64,000 nucleotides of DNA from an uncultured Alphaproteobacteria bacterium (GCA_949878575.1 CATLAX010000001.1:202752-266751), one strand, 5' to 3'; positions 18,077-27,338 are shown, counted from the first letter of the stretch. Numbers and translations: made by a program. The notes: generated by a model from the sequence alone, not told the origin.

Positions 18077-18499
18077 ATGAAAAAATTTAACATTATCCAA
18101 AAATGGAACGAATTCAAATCCAACTGCATGGAATATAGAAAGCTGCGCAAGGCGTGTCGTCTGGCCGGTGACAAATGCATTGAACTGAAGCTGGCCATAA
18201 CAAGTTTTTATGATTGTGGTGAAAAGAAAAAAAATCTGCGCTGTATTAGAAATGAATTTATGGACATGCCCTATATCTCTCATTTGAAAGATACCGGGGT
18301 GCGGGATTTGGTGCCGTTGATGGTTGTGTCATATTGTCCTGATTATAGGGTTAAGAAAGAAGAGGACTACGGGGTGTGCAATAACACAGAATGCCCCTGG
18401 CACAGACAGAATTCCGAATACAACGATGCATGCCGTGAATACAGGCGCATGGAGGAAGTGCGGCGCAGATTCTGGGAACGCGGTGGTCGTACAAAATAA
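18077..18499 (+). CDS. hypothetical cytoplasmic Cys-containing protein, possibly cargo of an integrase-associated relic
   Basis: 140-aa ORF 12 nt after lepA. No signal peptide and no motif I recognise. Confidence 0.45.
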   Translation: MKKFNIIQKWNEFKSNCMEYRKLRKACRLAGDKCIELKLAITSFYDCGEKKKNLRCIRNEFMDMPYISHLKDTGVRDLVPLMVVSYCPDYRVKKEEDYGVCNNTECPWHRQNSEYNDACREYRRMEEVRRRFWERGGRTK

Positions 18500-18514
18500 T
18501 ATGCAGGTGAAACC

Positions 18515-19522
18515 GTGGCGCATCAGTTCTATTTTAATCCGTATATTCTGGACAACCTGCCGGCGCCGAATGCCGGGTTTGATGTGGTTCAGGATATATC
18601 AGAACCGCGCCTGCGGATGTATGTGACCAGTCGTGGGGTTAAGACCTTTTTTGTGCGGAAACGTGTCGGCGGCCGCGACCGCCGCCTGATAATAGGCAAC
18701 TATCCTGATATGGATATAGAACAGGCGCGCGCCGCCGTGCAAAATGTGTTGGATGTGGCCGCGCAGAAACCGCGCGTGCGCCGCCGCCAGATTACGTTCG
18801 GGCGCCTGGTTCAAATGTATCTGGACGCGCGCGTGCGCCGCAGTGAAGACGGCATGGTAAAACTACGGCGCGCCATTGCGCGTCATCTGTCGGAAATTAT
18901 GGATAAAAATGTTTCATCCATAACGGGCGACGATTTAAGCAATGTTATTTCCAAAATATCCGGCCCGGCCATTGCCGCGCGCATGCAGGAGTTGCTGCAG
19001 AGCATATTTAAATACGCCATTGAGGCCGGGTATGTAAAAAGCAATCCTGCGGCGGACTTGCACAGGGTTGAACAGCGCCGGCGCGTGCGCCCGTTGACGC
19101 GTGCCGGCATGGTTCGTCTGATAGAGGCAATAGAACGGGAACCGTCGCCTGTTCTGCGTGCGGCGTTTTTGATGCTGGTGTACGGTTTCGCGCCAAAATC
19201 ACAGGTGTTTGCGATGCGCTGGTCTGATTTGGATTTTAATCATTACATGTGGGGCGCACGCCCGCTGTCCGATGCGGCGGTTGTGTTGCTGCAGGATTTG
19301 CCCCAGGATGGCAACTGGGTTTTTTCTGTGCGGGGAAAAATGCGCCTAACAGATCCCAGAACCAGCTGGCGCCGTGTGGCGGCGGATGCCGGAATTCCAA
19401 ATTTGACAATGGATGACGTGCATAAGTTTATGATGCGACATCTGGTCTGGGCGTCCGGGGCAGAAGATTTGCGCGAGAATATGAACGCATTGATTGAAGA
19501 GATAAACGGCCTAAACATATAA
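18515..19522 (+). CDS. P4-like tyrosine-recombinase (integrase) homolog that has lost catalytic residues, a probable relic
   Basis: GTG start. The N-terminus (LPAPNAGFDVVQDISEPRLRMYVTSRGVKTFFVRKRVGG...IGNYPDMDIEQARAAV) is classic DUF4102/P4-integrase. Box I reads VYGFAPKSQVFAMRWSDLD with no Arg. The HxLRHT-like box is degenerate (DDVHKFMMRHL). There is no C-terminal LGH...Y nucleophile region. Confidence 0.65.
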   Translation: MAHQFYFNPYILDNLPAPNAGFDVVQDISEPRLRMYVTSRGVKTFFVRKRVGGRDRRLIIGNYPDMDIEQARAAVQNVLDVAAQKPRVRRRQITFGRLVQMYLDARVRRSEDGMVKLRRAIARHLSEIMDKNVSSITGDDLSNVISKISGPAIAARMQELLQSIFKYAIEAGYVKSNPAADLHRVEQRRRVRPLTRAGMVRLIEAIEREPSPVLRAAFLMLVYGFAPKSQVFAMRWSDLDFNHYMWGARPLSDAAVVLLQDLPQDGNWVFSVRGKMRLTDPRTSWRRVAADAGIPNLTMDDVHKFMMRHLVWASGAEDLRENMNALIEEINGLNI

Positions 19523-19649
19523 AGTATGATTTGTCAAGCGTTGTTATAATTTGTTATAATTTCTTGACACCATTGCCATAAAATGATAGTTTTAAGTAAT
19601 GACACGCCCAAAGCAGGGCCACACATTTAACTGAAACAAAGGAAAAAAA

Positions 19650-19883
19650 ATGACAACTTTTGAAAAAGTAAAAAAAATCGTAGCTGACAAGCTGGGCGTT
19701 GATGAAGCAAAAGTCACCGAAACAGCGGCATTTGTAAACGATTTGGGTGCTGATTCTTTGGACGTTGTTGAATTCGTTATGGAAGTGGAAAAAGAATTTG
19801 ATATTACAATTCCGGACGAAGAAGCTGCAAAACTGGCGACTGTCGGTGATGCGGTTAAATATATTGAAGCCCACAAGAAATAA
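19650..19883 (+). CDS. acpP: acyl carrier protein
   Basis: [20 protein letters not shown] phosphopantetheine-attachment motif. 77 aa. Confidence 0.97.
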   Translation: MTTFEKVKKIVADKLGVDEAKVTETAAFVNDLGADSLDVVEFVMEVEKEFDITIPDEEAAKLATVGDAVKYIEAHKK

Positions 19884-19915
19884 TTTTTTGTGAAGGTTTT
19901 TATCGTGAGATAATC

Positions 19916-19952
19916 AAATCCGCCGCCGTATTTTTTGACGGCGGATTTTTTT
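19916..19952 (+). terminator. rho-independent terminator/attenuator after acpP
   Basis: aaatccgccg ... cggcggattt followed by tttt. Confidence 0.7.
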
Positions 19953-20020
19953 CTGTATTTTATGCGGCCAAAGGTTTATTATAATGGCCATATGACAATA
20001 AGTATAAAGGAATATAGAAA

Positions 20021-21274
20021 ATGAGAAGAGTAGTCATAACAGGCATGGGAATTGTATCGCCGGTCGGAACCGGAATTGAACATGCATGGAAAAATATTTT
20101 GGCCGGTCGGTCAGGTGTCCGTAAAATAGATACTTTTGATGCGTCCGACTGCGCGTCACAGATTGCCGGGTTGCCGGTATGCGGAACGGAACCGGGCCAG
20201 TTCAATCCGGACAGTGTGATAGAACCCCGCGACCAGCGCAAGATGGACAAGGGTATAATATACGGCGTTGTCGCCGCGGACGAGGCGATGCAGGACGCTG
20301 GGCTGTCTGATTACACCGGCGACAAGGAGCGCATCGGCGTTTCCGTCGGCATGGGGATTGGCGGATTGAATACAATCTATGATAATTGTGTTGAACTGTA
20401 TACCGGGGGGCCGCGCCGCATCAGTCCGTTCTTTATACCAAAGGCCATTATCAATATGACCGCCGGGCATATTTCCATTCGTTACGGATTAAAGGGGCCG
20501 AATTTGTCTGTTGTTACGGCATGTGCATCGGCCGCCCATTCCATTGGCGAGGCCGCGCGTCTGATTCAGCACGGCGACGCGGACATAATGCTGGCCGGCG
20601 GGTCAGAGGCGGCGGTCGGCAAAATCGGTGTTGCGGGCTTTTCGGCGATGAAGGCGCTGTCCACGCGCAATGATGCGCCGGAAAAGGCATCCCGTCCATG
20701 GGACAAGGGCCGCGACGGTTTCATCATGGCAGAGGGCGCCGGTATTTTGGTGTTGGAAGAGTATGAGCATGCAAAGGCGCGCGGTGCAAAAATTTACGCC
20801 GAGGTTGCAGGGTACGGTCTGTCGGGCGACGCGTATCATATTACCGCCCCGGCCGAAGGCGGTGAAGGCGGTCTGCGTGCGATGAAGGCGGCCTTAAAGG
20901 ATGCCGGATTAACCCCGGCCGATGTGGACTATATAAATGCGCACGGCACTTCCACAGGCCTGGGTGATATTGGCGAGCTGACGGCGGTAAAAGAGCTGTT
21001 CGGTGATCTGCCGGTTTCCATGTCTTCTACAAAATCAATGACCGGACACCTGTTGGGGGCCGCCGGCGCGGTAGAGGCGATATTTTCCACACTGGCCATT
21101 CGTGATGGAATCGCGCCCGCGACAATCAATTTGGACGATCCCGTGGACGAGGTTGGAAACTTTGACCTGGTTCCGAACAAGGCCAAAAAGCGTAAGCTGG
21201 ATGTGGCAATCAGCAACAGTTTCGGCTTTGGTGGCACGAATGCGTCACTGGTTTTGAAAAAGGTATCCAAATAA
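20021..21274 (+). CDS. fabF: 3-oxoacyl-ACP synthase II
   Basis: MRRVVITGMGIVSPVG. Active-site VVTACASAAHSIG. HGTSTGLGD and NSFGFGGTNASLV blocks. Confidence 0.95.
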   Translation: MRRVVITGMGIVSPVGTGIEHAWKNILAGRSGVRKIDTFDASDCASQIAGLPVCGTEPGQFNPDSVIEPRDQRKMDKGIIYGVVAADEAMQDAGLSDYTGDKERIGVSVGMGIGGLNTIYDNCVELYTGGPRRISPFFIPKAIINMTAGHISIRYGLKGPNLSVVTACASAAHSIGEAARLIQHGDADIMLAGGSEAAVGKIGVAGFSAMKALSTRNDAPEKASRPWDKGRDGFIMAEGAGILVLEEYEHAKARGAKIYAEVAGYGLSGDAYHITAPAEGGEGGLRAMKAALKDAGLTPADVDYINAHGTSTGLGDIGELTAVKELFGDLPVSMSSTKSMTGHLLGAAGAVEAIFSTLAIRDGIAPATINLDDPVDEVGNFDLVPNKAKKRKLDVAISNSFGFGGTNASLVLKKVSK

Positions 21275-21279
21275 ATATA

Positions 21280-21308
21280 ATCCCGCCGTTTTGGCGGGAT
21301 GTTTTTTT
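21280..21308. terminator. rho-independent terminator after fabF, also downstream of the convergent GH73-like gene
   Basis: atcccgcc gtttt ggcgggat gttttttt. Confidence 0.75.
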
Positions 21309-21313
21309 ATACT

Positions 21314-22123
21314 TTATTTTGAACTTTGTAAAATTGCGTTGTAATTGCGGTATAATGTTCTGGCAATAGAGCGCACGTCGGCCGCCCATTTTGATGCGAC
21401 GTATTTGGCACAGTAATGGCCGGAATTTGCCAGTCCGTTCAATTCTTTGGTATAGCTTAATTTTTGTACGGTTGCGGCCTGACTGGCGATGCTGTCCGGT
21501 ACATTGTTAAATTTTATGTATCCGTTGGCGCCCTGCAGGCCGGCGATATTATTTATCTCGCGTGCTTTTTTTGATGTTCCGTATGTGGATTCGTACATTG
21601 ATATTGCCACGGTGATAAACGGGTTCAGCTGTTTTTGTTTCGCCTGTTCCAAGAATACCAAGCCCATATCCTGCAGCTTGCTTTGGATGTGCTTGTCGCG
21701 GCGGCGTGCAAGTGTCTTGTTTACAGCCTGTGCGAATGCAGTCGGGTTGATGTCGTCAAAGTCTTTTTTGGTCAGCACGCCGGAATATTCCAGTACGGCA
21801 TAATTGTTTTGGCGTGGCGGGGTCATGATTTCGTATATAAACGCCTCACACATTTCTGTATCGTCATTCCATACGTTTTTGCATATTTGCGCCAAATCCT
21901 GTTGGGTGACGCATCCGGCGTTTTCTATCCCGCCTGATTCATTCTTTGTCGTCAGGATGTTAAACAGTTCATTGTATGCGCGTTGCATTTCTGGCGCCAG
22001 CTGCGACAAACTGTTGCGCATTTCCGTTAATTTTGCCGAGGAGATACAGTAACGGTCCGTCTGGGCAAATGCCGATACCGTGGGGCAGGTCAACAATATT
22101 AGCAATAGTATTTTACGAATCAT
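21314..22123 (-). CDS. secreted protein with C-terminal glucosaminidase (GH73/FlgJ-like) peptidoglycan hydrolase domain
   Basis: Signal peptide MIRKILLLILLTCPTVSAFA. C-terminal ...FITVAISMYESTYGTSKKAREINNIAGLQG resembles the E-S-x-x-G-x-S ... N-N-x-x-G-I GH73 core. The ATG overlaps the upstream stop (ATGA). Confidence 0.6.
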   Translation of the reverse strand: MIRKILLLILLTCPTVSAFAQTDRYCISSAKLTEMRNSLSQLAPEMQRAYNELFNILTTKNESGGIENAGCVTQQDLAQICKNVWNDDTEMCEAFIYEIMTPPRQNNYAVLEYSGVLTKKDFDDINPTAFAQAVNKTLARRRDKHIQSKLQDMGLVFLEQAKQKQLNPFITVAISMYESTYGTSKKAREINNIAGLQGANGYIKFNNVPDSIASQAATVQKLSYTKELNGLANSGHYCAKYVASKWAADVRSIARTLYRNYNAILQSSK

Positions 22124-23049
22124 TGATTTAGTGCCTCGCTGCATTGGGTTGCGATTTTTTGCGCCGTGTTAAGCGTGCTTATTTGCTGGGCGTTGAATAC
22201 GGTCGCAATGCCGCTGGTAACTGTTGCACCCGCCGCCAAAACATTGCTGGCGGTGTTTAGATTTTTTTCACGTGTGTCGTCGCCATTGCGGACGCTGTCG
22301 CTGTTGGCGGCCGCGCTGGTTATTGTGCCGGCGGTGCCGACCGCAATGCCGACACCGCTGGATATGGCGGCGCCGGTCGCCTTGCTGTCAATTTTGCCCA
22401 CGTCCAGCGTGTCATATTCACGGCATGCGGTTATGATGTTGTCCATTCTTTGCAGTACGGCCGGGTCGGCATTGTTTATCTGAGCCTGCATTCTGGAATC
22501 CTGCAGATCGCGGATTGATTTAATGCAGTTGTCCAGCTGGGTGCGCAAATCCTGGTCGGTGCGGTTGTTTGCGGCGATAATTGTCCCCGCAACGTTTGTT
22601 GCAGTGTTGGTCGCCAGCAGTCCCGTGCGCAGGTTGCCCAGATTTTTGGAACGCTGTTCCAGTTTGCTTTTCTGGCCGTCGTTTTTTGTTGTGCCGTGTA
22701 CCAGTTCCATTGTGCTGTCAATAAAATCCTGGCCGTCGTCAATGGTGGGGGCGGGGATGTCTGCCATTGTTTCGCGCTGGCGGACATCATGAATTAGTTT
22801 TTCAATTTGCTGGTCTGTGCTCGCCTTGGCGATTCCGGCAATTGTTGCGCCCGCACCGACGGCGGTGCCGACACCGGTCACGGCCGTGTTAACCTGGGCC
22901 ATTGTTTTCATGGATTTAAAAGACTGGGATATTGTATCACAATGCATGCGCGCGTTTGCTATCGCAACGTCCGGTGCCAGTGGCGTCGCATCGCACGAAA
23001 ATATCATGCACATGGGCGCAATGTACAAAATATTATGTAACTTTTTCAT
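22120..23049 (-). CDS. hypothetical lipoprotein with glycine-zipper-like G/A/T/V segments
   Basis: Lipobox-like MCMIFSC|DA. Segments AVTGVGTAVGAGATIAGIA, GAAISSGVGIAVGTAGTITSAAA and LAAGATVTSGIATV. No family recognised. Confidence 0.6.
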   Translation of the reverse strand: MKKLHNILYIAPMCMIFSCDATPLAPDVAIANARMHCDTISQSFKSMKTMAQVNTAVTGVGTAVGAGATIAGIAKASTDQQIEKLIHDVRQRETMADIPAPTIDDGQDFIDSTMELVHGTTKNDGQKSKLEQRSKNLGNLRTGLLATNTATNVAGTIIAANNRTDQDLRTQLDNCIKSIRDLQDSRMQAQINNADPAVLQRMDNIITACREYDTLDVGKIDSKATGAAISSGVGIAVGTAGTITSAAANSDSVRNGDDTREKNLNTASNVLAAGATVTSGIATVFNAQQISTLNTAQKIATQCSEALNQ

Positions 23050-23122
23050 GATGTTGATATTGTGCCATAAAAATGTAAAAAAATAAACATTTTAATAATC
23101 GCGGCGGCATGCAGTATATTGT

Positions 23123-23151
23123 AAAAAACAAACGGGGCGGCAGCCCCGTTT
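23123..23151 (-). terminator. rho-independent terminator after the acyl-CoA synthetase gene
   Basis: aaacggggc ggca gccccgttt. The A-run on the plus strand gives a T-run on the minus strand. Confidence 0.7.
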
Positions 23152-23154
23152 GCT

Positions 23155-24834
23155 TTATTTTTCTTCTTTGTTTATGCCCAGCGTGTCCTTTACCGGTTCA
23201 ATGATAGTGGTTTTTGCGCTGTCCAGCGTGCGTATCAGCGCGCGGCGTATTTTTCCACTGATAGTCATCGGCAGGCTGTCCACAAATTCAATCACGCGCG
23301 GGTATTTGTAGGATGCGGTCCGGCTGCGTACATGATTCTGCAGCTGGCGGACCAAAACGTCGCCCGGCTGAAAGTATTTGTTTAATACAATCGTCGCCTT
23401 TACGGCCTGGCCGCGGGCGGCGTCCGGAATGCCGGTAACCGCAACCTCGCGTACGGCGGGATGTTCCAGCAGAACACTTTCAACCTCAAAGGGGCTGATG
23501 CGATAACCGCTGCTTTTTATAAGGTCGTCGTTGCGTCCGACAAACCAGAAATAACCGTCCGCATCACGGAATGCCACGTCGCCCGTGTGATAGTATCCGT
23601 CGCGGTATGCCGCGGCCGTCATTTTTTCGTTTTTATGATAACCCTGGAACAGGCCGACCGGACGGCGTTCTTTTAGATTTACGCATATTTCACCAACCGT
23701 GCCGGTGGGAACCGGCCGGCCGCGTTCATCCAGCAATTCCACATCCCAGCCGGCCGCAGGCATTCCCATGCTGCCGGGTTTGGGTTCAATCCATTCGTTG
23801 TTAAACAGCATTACGCAGGTTTCCGTCTGGCCGAACCCTTCGCGCATTTTTATGCCGGTGGCTTTTAAGAATCTTTCGTATACCTCCGGATTCAATGCCT
23901 CGCCGGCGATGTCCGCCTTTTTTAGCGCCGACAGGTCGTATTTTGTAAAGTCCGCATGCAGCAGCATTTTGTACACAGTCGGCGGCGCGCAGAAAGACGT
24001 GACATGATTTTCCGATATTGCCTTTAACAAATCGTGCGCGGTAAAGCGTCCCGAAAAATCAAACACGAACACCGCGGCTCCCGCCAGCCATTGGCCGTAC
24101 ATTTTTCCCCATGAACATTTCGCCCAGCCCGATTCGGACAGGGTAAAGTGTATGTCGCCGTCGTGCAGGCGCTGCCAGAACATGGCGGTGTTGATGTGGC
24201 CCAGCGGATATGCATATGTATGCGCCACCATCTTAGGCAAATCGGTGGTGCCGCTGGTAAAGTACAAAACCATGGTGTCGCTGGTCTCGTTTGGCACGCG
24301 GGTAAATGTTGTCGGCGAAGACGTTATACCGCTGTCAACCTCTGCACAGGATATTAATTGAATGTCATCCTCGCCAATGGCGGTCTTTATTTCATTTAAG
24401 ATATATCCGTCGTCAAATGCGATGATGTTTTTCACGTCCGCCGTCTGAATGCGGTATTTTATATCCTCTGCCTTTAACTGGTTCGTGGACGGAATTGGAA
24501 TCGCCCCCAGTTTGTGCATCGCCATCATTAAAATCCAGTATTCCCAGCGGCGGCGCATAAACAACAAAACCGTGTCGCCTTTCTTTATTCCGCGCGATGC
24601 CAGAAAATTGGCCGCCGCATTTGATGCGCGTGCCATGTCGCGAAACGTGAATGTTTTTTTATCCCCCGCGTCGTCGTTCCAGATAAGTGCGACCTTGTCC
24701 GGGCTTTCAATCGCCAGTGCGTCAATAACGTCATATGCAAAATTAAAGTTGTCCGGCACGTTCGGCACAGCGTTTTTTACATAATCTTCATAATTATCAA
24801 ATGTGGCCTTTGGCAAGAATTTTAATGCGAACAT
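23155..24834 (-). CDS. AMP-forming acyl-CoA synthetase (medium-chain-like)
   Basis: AMP-binding motif YFTSGTTDLPKMV. Also YHTGD, GRNDDLIKSSGYRISPFEVE and the terminal SGKIRR. Confidence 0.88.
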   Translation of the reverse strand: MFALKFLPKATFDNYEDYVKNAVPNVPDNFNFAYDVIDALAIESPDKVALIWNDDAGDKKTFTFRDMARASNAAANFLASRGIKKGDTVLLFMRRRWEYWILMMAMHKLGAIPIPSTNQLKAEDIKYRIQTADVKNIIAFDDGYILNEIKTAIGEDDIQLISCAEVDSGITSSPTTFTRVPNETSDTMVLYFTSGTTDLPKMVAHTYAYPLGHINTAMFWQRLHDGDIHFTLSESGWAKCSWGKMYGQWLAGAAVFVFDFSGRFTAHDLLKAISENHVTSFCAPPTVYKMLLHADFTKYDLSALKKADIAGEALNPEVYERFLKATGIKMREGFGQTETCVMLFNNEWIEPKPGSMGMPAAGWDVELLDERGRPVPTGTVGEICVNLKERRPVGLFQGYHKNEKMTAAAYRDGYYHTGDVAFRDADGYFWFVGRNDDLIKSSGYRISPFEVESVLLEHPAVREVAVTGIPDAARGQAVKATIVLNKYFQPGDVLVRQLQNHVRSRTASYKYPRVIEFVDSLPMTISGKIRRALIRTLDSAKTTIIEPVKDTLGINKEEK

Positions 24835-24912
24835 ATTTATTCCTTATATATACTTATGGTAAAATAGGTGCATAAAGTGATAATTACAAGTAATTTTTAT
24901 AAATAAAAGTAG

Positions 24913-24941
24913 TTGCATTTTATAAAAAAGAGGTGCATAAT
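24913..24941 (+). promoter_or_regulatory. candidate sigma70 promoter of tRNA-Pro
   Basis: TTGCAT, 17 nt, CATAAT. The -10 ends 11 nt before the mature tRNA 5-prime end. Confidence 0.5.
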
Positions 24942-24952
24942 CGGCCGGTAAT

Positions 24953-25029
24953 CGGAGTGTAGCTCAGTCTGGTAGAGCGCTGCGTTCGGGTCGCAGAGGT
25001 CGTAGGTTCGAATCCTGTCACTCCGACCA
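24953..25029 (+). tRNA. tRNA-Pro (anticodon CGG) with encoded CCA
   Basis: Acceptor CGGAGTG/CACTCCG. D-arm TAGCTCAGTCTGGTAGAGC. Anticodon stem CTGCG/CGCAG with loop TTCGGGT (CGG, G37). T-arm GTAGGTTCGAATCCTGT. Discriminator A plus CCA. Confidence 0.93.
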
Positions 25030-25037
25030 GATATTTT

Positions 25038-25068
25038 ACCGCCCCATGCGTGGGGCGGTGTTTTATTA
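25038..25068 (+). terminator. rho-independent terminator after tRNA-Pro
   Basis: accgcccca tgcg tggggcggt gttttatt. Confidence 0.75.
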
Positions 25069-25109
25069 AAGTTTGCAAATTGATTTTTATCTGTAATAAT
25101 GCGCTGGTT

Positions 25110-26117
25110 ATGAAGTATAGAAGTTTTAAACAGAAAAAATTTATGATATTTTTCAGCCTGGCGCTGTTGGCGGCCTCGCTTGTGGGAATATATGGGTTTG
25201 GCATTCGTTCCGTATTACGGGAAACAATTGTTGTTACCGTGCCGCGCGGGGTCAGTGTGGGCGCTGTTGCAAAAAAATTGGAGGCGCGCGGGGCGATTGA
25301 TTCTGTTGCCATGTTCAAGGCCTGTGTCCGGGCGCGCGGCGGCCGCGTGCAAAGTGGCGAGTATGAAATCCCGCGCGGCGCCAGCGTATGGAAAATAGCA
25401 GGCATGCTGTCGGTTGGCGATGTCGCCGCGACCACCATTGTTATTCCGGAGGGGTTAACAATAATGCAGACAAAGCAGCTGTTGCTGCAAACGCCGGGGT
25501 TAACCGGCCCGGTTGAATGCGACCGCGGGGGCGACATGCCGGTATGCAATCTGCGTGACGGGGATATTTTCCCGGACACTTATCGCGTTGCGCGCGGGAC
25601 ATCGCGGCTGGCGCTGTTGGATTTGGCTCGTAAAAAGATGGATGATATACACGCCGCCTGGGACAAGGCGGGGCAGATTGCGCCACATCCGTTAAAAACC
25701 TGGAACGAGGTTGTGACACTGGCCTCTATTGTTCAAAAGGAGACCCCGCGAGAGGACGAGATGCCGATTGTCGCCAGTGTTTACGTTAACCGTTTGCGCA
25801 AGAACATGCGTCTGCAGGCGGATCCGACGGTGGTTTATGCATTAACGGACGGGCTGGGCGATATGCGTGGGGAACCGTTGTTGCGCGGGCATTTGAAAAT
25901 AGAGAGTCCTTATAATACTTATACTCATGGCGGACTGCCGCCGGCACCGATTGCAAATGTCGGCCAGGCGGCAATTCGGGCCGTATTGAAACCCGCGGAT
26001 ACAAATTATTTGTTTTTTGTGGCAGACGGTCGCGGCGGTCATCATTTTTCAAAATCATACGAACAGCATATGCAGCATCACGCCGACTGGCGCGCGATAA
26101 AAAAAAGTAGAAATTAA
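25110..26117 (+). CDS. mltG: endolytic murein transglycosylase MltG (YceG-like)
   Basis: N-terminal TM anchor. YceG blocks GEYEIPRGASVWKI, LASIVQKET, DPTVVYAL and YNTYTHGGLPPAPIANVG. Confidence 0.9.
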   Translation: MKYRSFKQKKFMIFFSLALLAASLVGIYGFGIRSVLRETIVVTVPRGVSVGAVAKKLEARGAIDSVAMFKACVRARGGRVQSGEYEIPRGASVWKIAGMLSVGDVAATTIVIPEGLTIMQTKQLLLQTPGLTGPVECDRGGDMPVCNLRDGDIFPDTYRVARGTSRLALLDLARKKMDDIHAAWDKAGQIAPHPLKTWNEVVTLASIVQKETPREDEMPIVASVYVNRLRKNMRLQADPTVVYALTDGLGDMRGEPLLRGHLKIESPYNTYTHGGLPPAPIANVGQAAIRAVLKPADTNYLFFVADGRGGHHFSKSYEQHMQHHADWRAIKKSRN

Positions 26118-26187
26118 TTGTCGTGACATGCAAATTCATTAAAAAGTATAATAATTGTTGTTTTTAACAAAAAATGAACATGTAAAT

Positions 26188-26216
26188 AAAAATCCCCGAA
26201 TTTCCGGGGATTTTTT
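26188..26216 (+). terminator. rho-independent terminator after mltG
   Basis: aaaaatccccg aatttc cggggattttt. Confidence 0.75.
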
Positions 26217-26378
26217 AATGTGCTGTAGGAAGTGTTTCCGATTCGCATGGTGCAAACCATATCATAAAAAGGGTGTTTTTGCAAAAATCTTTTCCCTTGC
26301 GGGGGGGTAAATGAGGATAGTAAAATATTCTTAAGCTAGAACACAAGTCTAGTTGTTAACTAAAAGAAAGGATAGAGT

Positions 26379-27155
26379 ATGAAAAAATTAGCTTTGACTT
26401 CTTTGCTGGCCGTTTTTGCGGTATCCGGCGCGCATGCGGCTAATGTGATTAATAATAATCCGTTATATCGTCCGGAAGCGGGACAGTTTTACAGCGTAAC
26501 AGATCTGGGTTCGGATTCCCGTAACACCAGCCGCGTTTTGCTGGATGAAGAATTCGGCTATGGCCTGACAAATTACCTGTCTGCGACTATTACCACATCG
26601 GCGTCCCAGACAGACTGGTTTGACAATGGTGCGTGGGATCATGTCGGTGTCGGCCTGAACTGGCGCGCGGTTGACATGGGCAACTGGAAGGGGGATATCT
26701 TTGGCTCTTATAATGCATTGTCATTGGGAACATGGGGTGATGACGATTCCTGGTTTGACGAAGATGTAACTGCTTATAAATGGACGGCCGGCGTGCGTGC
26801 GGGTTATGCGACAGCAGGCTGGACTGTTGCCGGTCATGTCGCGTTTGACTATTACAACACAGAATCCTTTAACTGGGATGATTCCGGTCTGCACATGTTG
26901 CGCTTTGGCTTGGACGGCCAGTTGGTGCTGAACCAAAACTGGAACCTGATCGCTGGTGTTGAATACAACGCCGATTATGACAACTGGTCTGACAATGTCG
27001 GCTATTGGACAGGAAAGTTTGGTGCAAACTATAACTTTGATGCCAACAAGTTCCTGGGTGCCTATATTACCAAGACAATGGATCACAATGGTGCCGGCAA
27101 CTGGGAAGTTGATGACGGCTTTGGCTTTGGCGCCACATTTGGTGTTCAATTCTAA
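26379..27155 (+). CDS. outer-membrane beta-barrel protein (porin-like, unknown family)
   Basis: Signal peptide ...AVSGAHA|AN. Aromatic/Gly/Asn/Asp-rich alternating strands. C-terminal GFGATFGVQF with terminal Phe. Confidence 0.7.
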   Translation: MKKLALTSLLAVFAVSGAHAANVINNNPLYRPEAGQFYSVTDLGSDSRNTSRVLLDEEFGYGLTNYLSATITTSASQTDWFDNGAWDHVGVGLNWRAVDMGNWKGDIFGSYNALSLGTWGDDDSWFDEDVTAYKWTAGVRAGYATAGWTVAGHVAFDYYNTESFNWDDSGLHMLRFGLDGQLVLNQNWNLIAGVEYNADYDNWSDNVGYWTGKFGANYNFDANKFLGAYITKTMDHNGAGNWEVDDGFGFGATFGVQF

Positions 27156-27338
27156 TTTGAATATCATGTTAAAAAAACATTCCCGGCCTATGGTCGGGAT
27201 GTTTTTATACAAACATAAAAAAAGTATGCGTACAAACATGTACAAAATTATGTTTTTGTAATGTTACTTTGTGGATTAAATTCCCTAAAATGTGGGGTTT
27301 TTGCATCGGTTTCTTTATTATTTTTTCCTAGATTTTTC

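Noticed and set aside
19541-19560. Tandem 10-bp duplication ttgttataat ttgttataat just after the integrase relic, considered as an att-site remnant
   Set aside because: I could find no second copy at the other side of the relic (around 18.0-18.5 kb). The duplication reads equally well as duplicated -10 (TATAAT) elements of the acpP promoter region, for example TTGTCA-18-TATAAT. It is kept only as a note.
24920-25579. 219-aa minus-strand ORF spanning tRNA-Pro and the 5-prime part of mltG
   Set aside because: It overlaps a well-formed tRNA, its terminator and the strongly supported mltG frame. This is a shadow ORF.
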